From Candidatus Kuenenia sp. (GTDB lineage: Bacteria > Planctomycetota > Planctomycetia > Planctomycetales > Planctomycetaceae), in NCBI GenBank assembly GCA_043737515.1, contig JAYTAK010000387.1:1-40907 (forward strand): a stretch of 40,907 nt of DNA, read 5' to 3'. Positions within the stretch are counted from its first letter, which is position 1; every line of letters starts with the position of its first letter. Positions 1 to 8,821 of this stretch are shown piece by piece. The position numbers were made by a program, and so were the translations under genes. The notes beneath the pieces are model-generated. The model searched no databases and was not told the origin of the DNA. It saw only the letters and a list, made by a program, of their open reading frames with translations.

Positions 1-178
1 TGTTGCAGATGAGTCAAGTTTTGGGTGCGATGGTGGGCCGATCGAATGTAGGATGGACATTCATGTCCGTCGCGTGGCCATAAAACACGGTCGAAGCGAT
101 GGTTATTTGACCTTGACAGTCGCTCGATAATGCGACCTTGCTTGGTCAATATCTCGGACATGAATGTCCAAGCTACAG
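1..178. repeat. Copy A of a 178-bp dispersed non-coding element (left end cut by window edge); inverted doublet of GTAG-headed hairpins (REPIN-like)
   Basis: 173/178 nt identical and co-linear with 38937-39114 (mismatches at 27, 88, 103, 120, 141). Contains GTAG-GAT-GGACAT-TC-ATGTCC at 48-68 and the inverted partner GGACAT-GA-ATGTCC-AAG-CTAC at 156-176. Confidence 0.9.
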
Positions 179-257
179 AATTCGCAGCCTTGCACCGAGT
201 TGCCACAACCCTGCCCGTCTCTGGTTCCAGTCACTTCGGATTTGCGGCTTCGCCGCG

Positions 258-1493
258 CTAGTACGTGAACTGCAGACCAGCGTTGGCACCGTGGACGAGC
301 ACAGTCCCGCTGGCGTCAATGCTGTACGTGGTTCCGTTGTTGCCGAGATTCTGGTCGGGGGCCAGTGCGACACCGTGGATGATCGTGGCTTCGTAGCCAC
401 CGATGAGGCTCCAGTGATTGCTGAGCGGAACGTTGGATTGTAGTCCGACTGAGCCAACATAGGCGATTCTGTTCTTTGAATCAAACAGCGAACGGCCGTA
501 GCGGGATGTATCACCGCCGGGGGCAGTATCGACTCCTGTGTAGCGTTCGAGAATCGATCCTTCAGCAGAGTTGTGATAGAGGCCGCCTTTGAGCACGCCG
601 TTGACCACGATCCCGCGATAGTACATGACTTCCTGCTGCAGGATGGCCTGCATTCCGTTCAGGTCGTTGCTGGTTTGTGCGACTCGGAACAGCGTCAGAG
701 CGTCAGGAATGCCTGAGGCATTGCCGACTTCGTCTTCAAAACCATTCGCTGTGCCGCCGGCAAACACCAGGCCAGCACCAAGCAGTCCGGCATGAGACAA
801 TCCGCCGTTGGGACCGACAACATCAGTGGCTCGAAAGACCCCATCGATCTGAACGCCGGCAGATTCATCCAGTTGCAGATTGCTGTAGCCGATTCCGTAC
901 TGGAACGTGGATTCGTAGTCTGCTGTCAGGAGGTTGAGTTCGAAAGCCTGCAGCCGACTGTTGTACCACGTTTGATACGTCGGAAGTGCGTCGCCTGGAA
1001 ATCCGGCGTTGGGTCCCAGGCCTTCGAATTCGTCTGCTTCTCCGCCAAGGACTGGCGTTGAAGCGACGGCAAGGGGCGAAAAGAAAGTGGAGCGATCCAA
1101 AGAATTCGCACCGGCCCACGGACCAGCGATCCCGTCATCAAACGCAAGGCCGCTGGTCAGACTGCCCTGACTGAGTGAATTCCAGGTACCGTAATTCGAA
1201 TAGATGGCTTCGATCCGTGCTCCGGCTGTTTCAGCGGAAAGGAAGGCACGAAATCCGGATCGATAGTCAAAGTCGTTGTTGTGAAAACCGACGTTGGCCG
1301 AATCCGGCCCGTTGATGACCGGGGCAGTGGTCGAAAGATTGCTGTCGCGGTTCATCACCAGGTACTGCACGCCGCCGCTGAAGATCGTCGCAGGCTCAAC
1401 CTCATTGTAGAGTGAAGGATCCTGAGCGAAGAGACCAGAACCGGTGATCGCGAGTGAACCGAGGGCAGCGGCAAGAAAACGCTTGAGGGACAT
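258..1493 (-). CDS. Secreted putative outer-membrane beta-barrel protein (BBP7/DUF1551-like)
   Basis: ORF 258-1526(-). The internal ATG at 1493 gives a signal peptide MSLKRFLAAALGSLAITGSGLFAQDP. Composition is Gly/Asn/Ser/aromatic-rich and the C-terminus ends ...NAGLQFTY (terminal aromatic typical of OM barrels). Family resemblance is from memory only. Confidence 0.55.
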   Translation of the reverse strand: MSLKRFLAAALGSLAITGSGLFAQDPSLYNEVEPATIFSGGVQYLVMNRDSNLSTTAPVINGPDSANVGFHNNDFDYRSGFRAFLSAETAGARIEAIYSNYGTWNSLSQGSLTSGLAFDDGIAGPWAGANSLDRSTFFSPLAVASTPVLGGEADEFEGLGPNAGFPGDALPTYQTWYNSRLQAFELNLLTADYESTFQYGIGYSNLQLDESAGVQIDGVFRATDVVGPNGGLSHAGLLGAGLVFAGGTANGFEDEVGNASGIPDALTLFRVAQTSNDLNGMQAILQQEVMYYRGIVVNGVLKGGLYHNSAEGSILERYTGVDTAPGGDTSRYGRSLFDSKNRIAYVGSVGLQSNVPLSNHWSLIGGYEATIIHGVALAPDQNLGNNGTTYSIDASGTVLVHGANAGLQFTY

Positions 1494-1743
1494 GCGGACG
1501 TCCTTTCGAGTAATGACTCCATTCAAACTTCGGCCTCCCAGCCAAAGTGAGCGGTCAGCACGAGGCTTCCGAGCGCATTCGCAGACTGCTCAAAGAGTGT
1601 CTTCGGTCATTCCAGTAGCCAGCATCAAGTCCGTGAAACAGAATTCGGCGATTTTCGCGCGGTGTCGGTCTGCGACAACTATTCTTGCCATTGTGCGGCA
1701 TTTGCCTGTTGTAGGGATGTCTCTCACACAAATCACGTTCGAT

Positions 1744-3573
1744 CTACTTCCCGCCACTCTGCAGAAACAATTGTCCCAACTGAGCCACAGGGGTTCCGTA
1801 GACCTGCTCCACAGCCCGAGCGGCGTTCGGGTTTTTCCGCAGTTCAGCGATCAGTTGCTTGAAGCGGGCAGGGCCCCCCTGACTTTGCAGGAACCTGACA
1901 AGCAGGTAGCCGACTTCGCCAACTTCTTCCGGAGCCAGTGTGCCATCGTCAAACAACTTGCCCGGATCTGTGATTGTCGACACGGCTTTGGCCGCTCGGC
2001 CAGGGATCGCTTTGACGTAGTCATTTTCCGATTTCAGACCGGATTCCAGCATGCCGAAACCCTGTTTGAGCCAGTCCGGCAGATTGGAACCGTCACGAGT
2101 CAGATACGATTGACTCAATAGCGACTTCATCAGTTGTTCGGTGGTCAGCGCACTGGCGGATTCGGTGTCACCAACATCGTGCATCGCGACATACGCCGTG
2201 TCAAAGTTTGCGGTGATGGTGGAATGACCAGACACGGTTTTCGGAGTTCGGCGATTCATCAGGACCGTGTTGAATTCTTCATAGTCGAAGCGATCCTTCG
2301 TGACAAAGACCGTCAGTCGTCCGCGAAACGCCGGCTCACCCTCTGGCAGCGGGTATTGTATTGCCAGTTCGGCAAGATGTGTCTCAGCCACTTCGCTCAA
2401 CTGCTTCAGTCGATCTTCGGACACGGTTCCGTAGAAGTAGAAGTTTGTAGATGTTGCGGCTGCACCTTCCGTTCGTGGCGAGACTCGTTTCCATAACGCA
2501 GCAGTTTCGGTGATGCGCCGCTCAGCAAATTCTGCGTCGGTCATTTTGGCAAGTTGCGCTGCGGCTAACTGGGCGGCTGTCGGAACGATGTCCCGCAGCG
2601 GAGCTTTGGCATCTTTGCCATCGAAGTGAGCGCCTTCTTTGATCCAGGTTTCCAGGGCCTCGGCCTGCGACCGTTTCAGCTGCGCCTGGCCCTGGGGCAT
2701 CTTCAATGGTTCCTGCCGCAGAACCAGGTCAACGATATAACTTTCATCCGGCTTGCCAGGCACGATCGTGCTGCCAGTCGGACCGCCCTGCAGCAATTGT
2801 TCAAACGTGGTGAAGCCGAATTTGCCGCGCGGCGTGTTGCCGGAGTGGCATCCCATGCAGATGTTGACCAGCCACGGAGCGACGTCATCTTTGAAGGACA
2901 CGGTCTCCGTTCCGTCTGCCATGACGACAGTGACGGGTTTCGGTGGTTCAGGTTTTTCCTCAGTGGATTCACCGATTGGCGCATCCCGGTCAGTGCCGTC
3001 GTAATTCGCTCCCTGTTCGATCCAGCGTGCGACCGTCATGATGTCTTCATCCGCCAGCTTCGCGCCGCCCTTGGGCATCCGCAGTTGATCATCGGGCGAC
3101 GCCATCCGCACCACCAACGCGCTGCGCGCGGGCAAGCGCGGTGTCACGGGAACTCCATTTGCTCCGCCTTTGACGATCCCGTTGAACGTGTCCATCCGCA
3201 GATTCGCGCGGGGATTTTCTTCCCCATGACAGCGGAGGCAGTTGTCTTTGAGAATGGGGGCAACTTCGTGTTCGAAGCTGACCGGAATCAGATTCTTCGC
3301 TTTTTCCAACTGGCCTTTAAATGTTGAGTACGTGCGGTCTTTTTCGTCATCGGGGATGGCAAGTTCCTTAATTCGATCTTCAGCCTTCTTGATGATCTCC
3401 TTCGCCTGATCCACTTCTTTCTTCTTGACGTGGATGTTCACTTCCTTGAGTTCTTTCACCAGTTCCGACAACTCTTTGCGTACTTCGGGTGGCAGTGTGG
3501 CGTTGACGACTGGTGTTGTGATGAGGACGGCAGACAGCACAAACGCGGAGATTAAAAGTTGTCGAAAGAACAT
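1744..3573 (-). CDS. Secreted c-type cytochrome-domain protein with two PSCyt1-type motifs
   Basis: 609-aa ORF with signal peptide MFFRQLLISAFVLSAVLITTPVVNA. Two CxxCH motifs in planctomycete-cytochrome context (DNCLRCHGEENPRANLRMD and NICMGCHSGNTPRGKF). Same strand as, and upstream of, the barrel gene. Confidence 0.7.
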   Translation of the reverse strand: MFFRQLLISAFVLSAVLITTPVVNATLPPEVRKELSELVKELKEVNIHVKKKEVDQAKEIIKKAEDRIKELAIPDDEKDRTYSTFKGQLEKAKNLIPVSFEHEVAPILKDNCLRCHGEENPRANLRMDTFNGIVKGGANGVPVTPRLPARSALVVRMASPDDQLRMPKGGAKLADEDIMTVARWIEQGANYDGTDRDAPIGESTEEKPEPPKPVTVVMADGTETVSFKDDVAPWLVNICMGCHSGNTPRGKFGFTTFEQLLQGGPTGSTIVPGKPDESYIVDLVLRQEPLKMPQGQAQLKRSQAEALETWIKEGAHFDGKDAKAPLRDIVPTAAQLAAAQLAKMTDAEFAERRITETAALWKRVSPRTEGAAATSTNFYFYGTVSEDRLKQLSEVAETHLAELAIQYPLPEGEPAFRGRLTVFVTKDRFDYEEFNTVLMNRRTPKTVSGHSTITANFDTAYVAMHDVGDTESASALTTEQLMKSLLSQSYLTRDGSNLPDWLKQGFGMLESGLKSENDYVKAIPGRAAKAVSTITDPGKLFDDGTLAPEEVGEVGYLLVRFLQSQGGPARFKQLIAELRKNPNAARAVEQVYGTPVAQLGQLFLQSGGK

Positions 3574-3787
3574 GAAGCAATCTCCGGGGAGTCGGGAGTG
3601 ATGATTAAATGGTCGAGCCGGAACAGTATAACGTCTGAACGCACCGCAACCAAACTTCCAGGGGCAAGGTTAACGCCAGACTTGCAAAACATGGCCTTTC
3701 GCTTTGACGGCACTCATTCGTCCGTTTAGACTGGCGTTCCCTCCTACGCGCTTTTCCAGCCGTGTGTTCTTCAGAAAACCTTCCCTG

Positions 3788-5797
3788 ATGGCTGTTTCTT
3801 ACCTGCAAACTGCTTGCTGTCGCCGAGTCGCTGTTGTGGCTTTTGCTGTCGTTACGGCGGCACTGAATGTCCAGCAGACTGTCGCTCAGGATCCGGTCAT
3901 TGATCGTCTTGCTGCCACTAATCTTCGACCGGGCCAAATTGCGTCGGTTGTCGTCACTGGCAAACAGTTGACGGGGGCGATGAGCCTCTGGACGCCCGTC
4001 GGTGTGCTGCGTCCGAAAGACGGGCAGGATCTGACAAAAGATCAGCCGGTCATCATGGAAGGTGCTATTGCCTCTGATATCGTGCCTGGGATTTACCCGG
4101 CCCGCATGGTCACAAATCATGGCTGTTCCGAAGCTGCATTTGTCGTTGTCGATGACCTGCCGTCCGTCGCCGTTGCCGCCGAAAGCGATGATCGCAAGTC
4201 CGGCCAGTTGATCGCGTTGCCGTGCTGCATTGCCGGGCAGATCAATCCCGTGCTGTCAAAGTTTTTTCGAATCGCCATGACCGCTGGTCAAACTGTGAGT
4301 GTGGAAGTTTTCGCCCGGCGATTGGGCTCTGATCTGGATCCTGTCATCCGTGTCACCGGACCCGATGGAAATGAAGTCGCCTATCGTGACGACCTGCCGG
4401 GGGCTGAAGGGGATACGCAATTGCAGTTTACGGCAGTGGCCGACGGCGAGTATCGCATCGAGATCCGCGATGTGCGTTATTCCGGCGGAGCGCGACACTT
4501 CTTTCATCTGCGACTTGGCAAGCTGCTCATGGTGACTTCTGTGTCGCCGCGAATTGCGATGATCGGGCAGCCGGTGTCTCTGATCGGGACGACGGGAGAA
4601 ATTCTCGGCGAGGCCACTCCGCCGGGCGCTCCGGAAACCACCGGTTCATTGATCCCGGTCTTGTTTCGAGCGGCGGAATCCGACGGCAGCGCGTTGAGTT
4701 CCGTCGTGCTGACGAATCAGCCGACGCTGTCGGAGGCTGAACCGAACGATGACCGCGCCGCAGCGACGTCCGTCACCGCTGAGACTCAGGTTCTGACCGG
4801 CACACTGCAGAAAAAGGGTGACGTGGATTGGTTCAAACTGACCGCGACTGAAGCAATGCCGCTGCTGGTCACAACCCGCACACGCGAAGTCAGCAGTCCG
4901 ACCGACGTAATGCTGGAATTGTTTAACGCCGAAGGCGGCAAGATTGTGGAAAACGATGATGCCGGGCTGCGCGATGCGGAACTTGCCGCACAGTTGCCAG
5001 CGGCAGGTGAGTTTTTTCTCAAAGTGTCGGAGATCGCCGGACGTGGCGGATCGGCATGGACATATGCTCTGGACGTCTACCAGGGTCGAAAGTCAGTGCG
5101 TGTCACCGCGCCCCTGGATCATCTCAACATTCCGCGTGGCGGCAGTGCGGCGATGCCGCTGACCGTGCGGCGGATTCATTACGACGGGCCGCTCAAAGTG
5201 GAAGCCGTCGGTTTGCCTGCGGCGATTCAAATGGCTCCGTTCTGGCTGGGTGCAAAGCAAAGCACGGCTCCGGTCGTCCTCACAGCGACGGACCCGGCAG
5301 CCACAAGTTCTGATGCGGACTGGGCACCCATGAGCTTCAAAATCACGGCTCCGGACGGTTCCATGATTCCTCCTGCGGAATTCCAACTGACTCCGCCCGC
5401 GCCCAAAAAACAGGACAGCGAAGTTTTTCGGAGTGCTCGTCTGCGAACAGACCTCTTTGCTGCCGTGCAGCCAGCCGCTCAGTTTTCATTCACTGCCGAT
5501 CCTGCCACAGTGACCGTCGCTCAGGGTGCGACCGCCACCGTGACCGTCCGATCAACTCGGGCTGCGGACTGGACGATGCCCATTGAGATCGCTCTGGCGA
5601 CACCCGCTGATCAACTGCCGGGCATGACGGTCACTGCGGGATCAATGGCAGCAGGCGAACTTGCAATCACAATCACTGCCGCGGCTGACGCAGCGGTTGG
5701 ACCATTTAGTGTGTTCCTTCAAGGCAAGGCCAAGAAGGATAATGTGGAACCCATTCATCCTGTTCCAGCAATTGTTGTTGAAGTGAAAGCTCCGTAA
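3788..5797 (+). CDS. Secreted protein with two pre-peptidase C-terminal (PPC)-like domains
   Basis: ORF 3704-5797. ATG at 3788 gives MAVSYLQTACCRRVAVVAFAVVTAALNVQQTVAQDP (signal-like). Two segments have the PPC pattern (…ESDDRKSGQ…TAGQTVSVEVFARRLGSDLDPVIRVTGPDGNEV and EAEPNDDRAAATSV…GDVDWFKLTA…DVMLELFNAEGGKIVENDD). The function call is weak. Confidence 0.5.
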   Translation: MAVSYLQTACCRRVAVVAFAVVTAALNVQQTVAQDPVIDRLAATNLRPGQIASVVVTGKQLTGAMSLWTPVGVLRPKDGQDLTKDQPVIMEGAIASDIVPGIYPARMVTNHGCSEAAFVVVDDLPSVAVAAESDDRKSGQLIALPCCIAGQINPVLSKFFRIAMTAGQTVSVEVFARRLGSDLDPVIRVTGPDGNEVAYRDDLPGAEGDTQLQFTAVADGEYRIEIRDVRYSGGARHFFHLRLGKLLMVTSVSPRIAMIGQPVSLIGTTGEILGEATPPGAPETTGSLIPVLFRAAESDGSALSSVVLTNQPTLSEAEPNDDRAAATSVTAETQVLTGTLQKKGDVDWFKLTATEAMPLLVTTRTREVSSPTDVMLELFNAEGGKIVENDDAGLRDAELAAQLPAAGEFFLKVSEIAGRGGSAWTYALDVYQGRKSVRVTAPLDHLNIPRGGSAAMPLTVRRIHYDGPLKVEAVGLPAAIQMAPFWLGAKQSTAPVVLTATDPAATSSDADWAPMSFKITAPDGSMIPPAEFQLTPPAPKKQDSEVFRSARLRTDLFAAVQPAAQFSFTADPATVTVAQGATATVTVRSTRAADWTMPIEIALATPADQLPGMTVTAGSMAAGELAITITAAADAAVGPFSVFLQGKAKKDNVEPIHPVPAIVVEVKAP

Positions 5798-5808
5798 GTG
5801 TGATTTCA

Positions 5809-5933
5809 GTTTTCAGTTTTCAGTTTTCAGAAAAGTCAGTTTGATGTGAGTTGAGTGTTTCATTGTGATGGTTCCCACGCCGGGCCTTTGTTACTTGTGA
5901 TTCACTAAAAACCGAAAACTGAAAACTGAAAAC
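5809..5933. repeat. Heptamer-repeat inverted repeat (20-bp perfect stem, 85-nt loop)
   Basis: 5809-5828 GTTTTCAGTTTTCAGTTTTC is the exact reverse complement of 5914-5933 GAAAACTGAAAACTGAAAAC. Each arm is a tandem array of a 7-nt unit. It lies in the 156-bp gap between two + strand genes. Confidence 0.85.
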
Positions 5934-5953
5934 CATCCCTCCGAGGTCTTACC

Positions 5954-8383
5954 ATGCTCCGCTTAACCTGCCTGATGCTGACTGCTGTCGTTGGAGTTTC
6001 CTCTGCCGTCGCTGCGGCCGAAATACCCACAACTTCACTTCAAGTCCAGCCCGCTGAAATCACTCTGAACGGCCCGCGCGGAGTTCAGCAACTGATCGTC
6101 ACGGCCAACTTCGAAGCAGCCACAATTCATGATGCCACAAGTATCGCTGAATACAAAACGGACAATGCCGCAGTCGCGGTGGTGGAAAACGGCATCGTCC
6201 ACGCAACAGGCAACGGCACAACCACGATTCATGCCACGCGCGGAGGGCAAACATCCATCGCTACGGTCACAGTCGCCAACTTCGAAACACCATCCCCGGT
6301 TTCGTTCCAGAATGAGATTCTGGCATCGCTGACCAAGTCCGGCTGTAACATGGGCGCGTGTCACGGATCACCTTCAGGAAAAGGCGGATTCCGTCTGTCG
6401 CTCCGAGGATACGATTCCACCGTGGATCTGGTGACGCTGCGCGGTGAGTACTTTAATCGTCGTTCAAACGTGCTCAATCCTGACGAAAGCCTGTTGTTGC
6501 GAAAGCCGTTAATGGAAGTGGCGCACGGCGGTGGCCGACGCCTGCAACACGGTGATCCTGCTCATCGAGTGCTGCGTGAATGGATTGCGGAAGGCATGAA
6601 GGTTGACGCCGATGGAGCCCCGACGCTCGCTCGGATTGAACTGCTCCCGGTGCCGCGTGTCCTGCGGGACGGTGCTGATCGTCAGCAGTTGATCGTCAAC
6701 GGCTACTTCAGTAACGGCACAGTGCGCGACATCACGGCCCTGACATCGTTCGATTCGTCTGATGAAGGCATCGGTACGATTTCATCCGCCGGAGTCGTGT
6801 CATATCAGGGTCGCGGCGAAGTGACGGTGCTTGCACGATATCTCGACAAAGTATCGACCACGCAACTGACGTTTCTCACCGAACGCCCCGAATTCCAGTG
6901 GCCCAATCCGCCGGAAGCCACAAAGATCGATCAGTTGGTCTTTACGAAGTTGAAGCAATTGCAGATTCAGCCCTCCGAACTTTGCAGCGACACGGATTTT
7001 CTGCGTCGCGCGACGCTGGATCTGACCGGCCGGTTGCCCAGCCTGGAAGAAGCCCGGCTGTTCCTTGCGAATGCTGATCCGAACAAGCGGGCGGTCGTGA
7101 TTGATCAACTGCTGTTGACCGATGACTACGCACGATTTTGGTCGTTGAAGTGGTCTGATCTGCTCCGCTGCAACAGTAAGCGCCTGACGAAATCCGGAGT
7201 CCACAAGTTCCGCCGCTGGCTGTTTGATATTGTCAAGAACGACGTGCCACTGGATGAGTTTGCCCGCGAATTGCTCACCGCGACCGGAAGCACGCAGCAG
7301 AATGCGGCTGCCGGATACTGGAAAGCCAGCCGCGATGAAATTGATGCCACGGAAACCACGGCACAGTTGTTCCTGGGCATTCGCATTCAGTGTGCCAAGT
7401 GCCATAATCATCCGTTCGAAAAGTGGACTCAGGATGACTACTACGGCACTGCGGCGGCGTTCAAGCGAGTCGGTCGCAAGGAAACCGGACTGCCGGATGA
7501 CGAGATGATTTTCGTGAGTGCCGGCGGAGACGTCACGCAGCCGCGAACCGGGAAGCAGATGAAAGTGCGCCTGCTGCTGGAAGGTGACGTCGATGTGCCG
7601 GCTGATCAGGATCGTCGAGTTGTCTTTGCGCAATGGCTGACGAACAACAGCAATCCGTTCTTCGCGAGATCGCTGTCAAACCGTATCTGGGGTCATATCG
7701 TCGGCAAAGGAATCGTGGATCCTGTGGATGACTTCCGCGATTCCAATCCACCTTCGAATCCGGAATTGCTGTCTTATCTGGCCGATGAACTTCTGAAAAG
7801 CGGCTTCTCGTCGCGGCACCTGATTCGCACGATCATGAACAGCCGCGTGTATCAACTCAGTTCGCAGCGAAACAAGTACAACGCGGATGATGAGATCTAC
7901 TTCAGCCACGCCACGACGCGGATGCTGACGGCTGAGCAACTGCTGGATTCCATCTGTGTGGTGACGGGCCAGACGGAAGAGTTCGCCGGGATGCCAGGCG
8001 GCACGAAGGCTGTTGATCTGGTCGATCCTCCGGAAGGTCATAAGTTTCTGCAGGTCTTCGGACAGCCACAACGGGAACTGCCGTGCGAGTGCGAACGTTC
8101 TACCGACAGCAATTTGTCTCAGGCACTGCAGTTGATCAACGGGCCGACGGTTCACAACAAGCTGCGATCCGATGCTGGCAGCGTGCATCAATGGATCGCC
8201 GGTGGAAAAACGGATGCCGAGATCATCGACCTGCTGTATCTGACGGCTCTCAGTCGCCCTCCGCTGGCAGAAGAACAGCAAACATCTCAGGCCCACATCA
8301 AATCCAACGAAGACCGGACCAGAGCCCTCGAAGACATCGCCTGGGCCGTGATCAACAGCAAGGAATTCCTGTTCCAGCATTGA
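5954..8383 (+). CDS. PSCyt2 (DUF1549) / PSD1 (DUF1553) domain protein with N-terminal Big_2-like Ig repeats
   Basis: 809-aa ORF with signal peptide MLRLTCLMLTAVVGVSSAVAAAE. Motifs: GCNMGACHG, FLRRATLDLTGRLPSLEEARLFL (DUF1549 signature), IQCAKCHNHPFEKWTQDDYYG, NRIWGHIVGKGIVDPVDDFRDSNPPSNPELL (DUF1553 signature). Confidence 0.85.
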   Translation: MLRLTCLMLTAVVGVSSAVAAAEIPTTSLQVQPAEITLNGPRGVQQLIVTANFEAATIHDATSIAEYKTDNAAVAVVENGIVHATGNGTTTIHATRGGQTSIATVTVANFETPSPVSFQNEILASLTKSGCNMGACHGSPSGKGGFRLSLRGYDSTVDLVTLRGEYFNRRSNVLNPDESLLLRKPLMEVAHGGGRRLQHGDPAHRVLREWIAEGMKVDADGAPTLARIELLPVPRVLRDGADRQQLIVNGYFSNGTVRDITALTSFDSSDEGIGTISSAGVVSYQGRGEVTVLARYLDKVSTTQLTFLTERPEFQWPNPPEATKIDQLVFTKLKQLQIQPSELCSDTDFLRRATLDLTGRLPSLEEARLFLANADPNKRAVVIDQLLLTDDYARFWSLKWSDLLRCNSKRLTKSGVHKFRRWLFDIVKNDVPLDEFARELLTATGSTQQNAAAGYWKASRDEIDATETTAQLFLGIRIQCAKCHNHPFEKWTQDDYYGTAAAFKRVGRKETGLPDDEMIFVSAGGDVTQPRTGKQMKVRLLLEGDVDVPADQDRRVVFAQWLTNNSNPFFARSLSNRIWGHIVGKGIVDPVDDFRDSNPPSNPELLSYLADELLKSGFSSRHLIRTIMNSRVYQLSSQRNKYNADDEIYFSHATTRMLTAEQLLDSICVVTGQTEEFAGMPGGTKAVDLVDPPEGHKFLQVFGQPQRELPCECERSTDSNLSQALQLINGPTVHNKLRSDAGSVHQWIAGGKTDAEIIDLLYLTALSRPPLAEEQQTSQAHIKSNEDRTRALEDIAWAVINSKEFLFQH

Positions 8384-8393
8384 CGGGCGATGC

Positions 8394-8490
8394 GTCTGGA
8401 TTTCTACGTGGGGTAAGCTTCCAGCTTGCCTTCGCCGAATAAAAACTCAATGCTTTTGGGAAAACTTGACAAGCTGGAAGCTTATCCCAC
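8394..8490 (+). repeat. REPIN-like inverted doublet, AAGCTTCCAGCTT hairpin family
   Basis: GTGG-GGT-AAGCT-TCC-AGCTT-GCC at 8408-8430 and the inverted GAC-AAGCT-GGA-AGCTT-ATC-CCAC at 8468-8490. The whole 97-nt unit recurs inverted at 39976-40073. It starts 11 nt after the stop of the PSD1 gene. Confidence 0.9.
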
Positions 8491-8821
8491 CTTACGGAGT
8501 TGGCGCTAACTGGGGTACACTGCGATTTGGTCTTGGCACTTCGCTGACTTTTTGCCAAACTTACGCGGCAACGTTTCCCCCGAATCGGTCGAGCGTTTTC
8601 TCACTTTTCGCAGCATTCTGACGAATCCGGTCCTGATTCCGAAAGAGCCGAAAATGGAGAATACGAATCCCGGCAACAGTCCGAGATTCTGCTTGCATAT
8701 GTAATAATGGCTGGATAATCAGAGGAAGGGTTTCGGGAACCTCCGTCGATTGACAGCAAAGAACTGCACCGCGCCAGATTGATGACATAAAGGAGAGCTG
8801 GTTAACCCAGCCGCACCCAGA

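Noticed and set aside
138-443. Small ORFs reading through REP hairpins (138-443, 38864-39163, the tail of 8083-8442, 8352-8558, 40025-40231)
   Set aside because: Their conserved peptides (…GHECPSY…, …GVSFQLA[FI]AE) are simply translations of the palindromic repeats in either orientation, and the ORFs overlap real genes or intergenic repeats.
5805-5933. CRISPR array (here, and for the tandem units at 12971-13054 and 39945-39998)
   Set aside because: The units are 6-7 nt or a single 31-bp duplication. There are no unique spacers of CRISPR size, no cas genes, and one array is coding (Pro-Ala).
6800-8380. 277-aa and 234-aa minus-strand ORFs
   Set aside because: They are antisense shadows within the GC-rich PSCyt2/PSD1 gene, whose plus-strand product has multiple family signatures. 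The same reasoning applies to 1444-2121, 2626-3327, 9401-10081, 11544-12110, 18059-18598 and 23001-23621.
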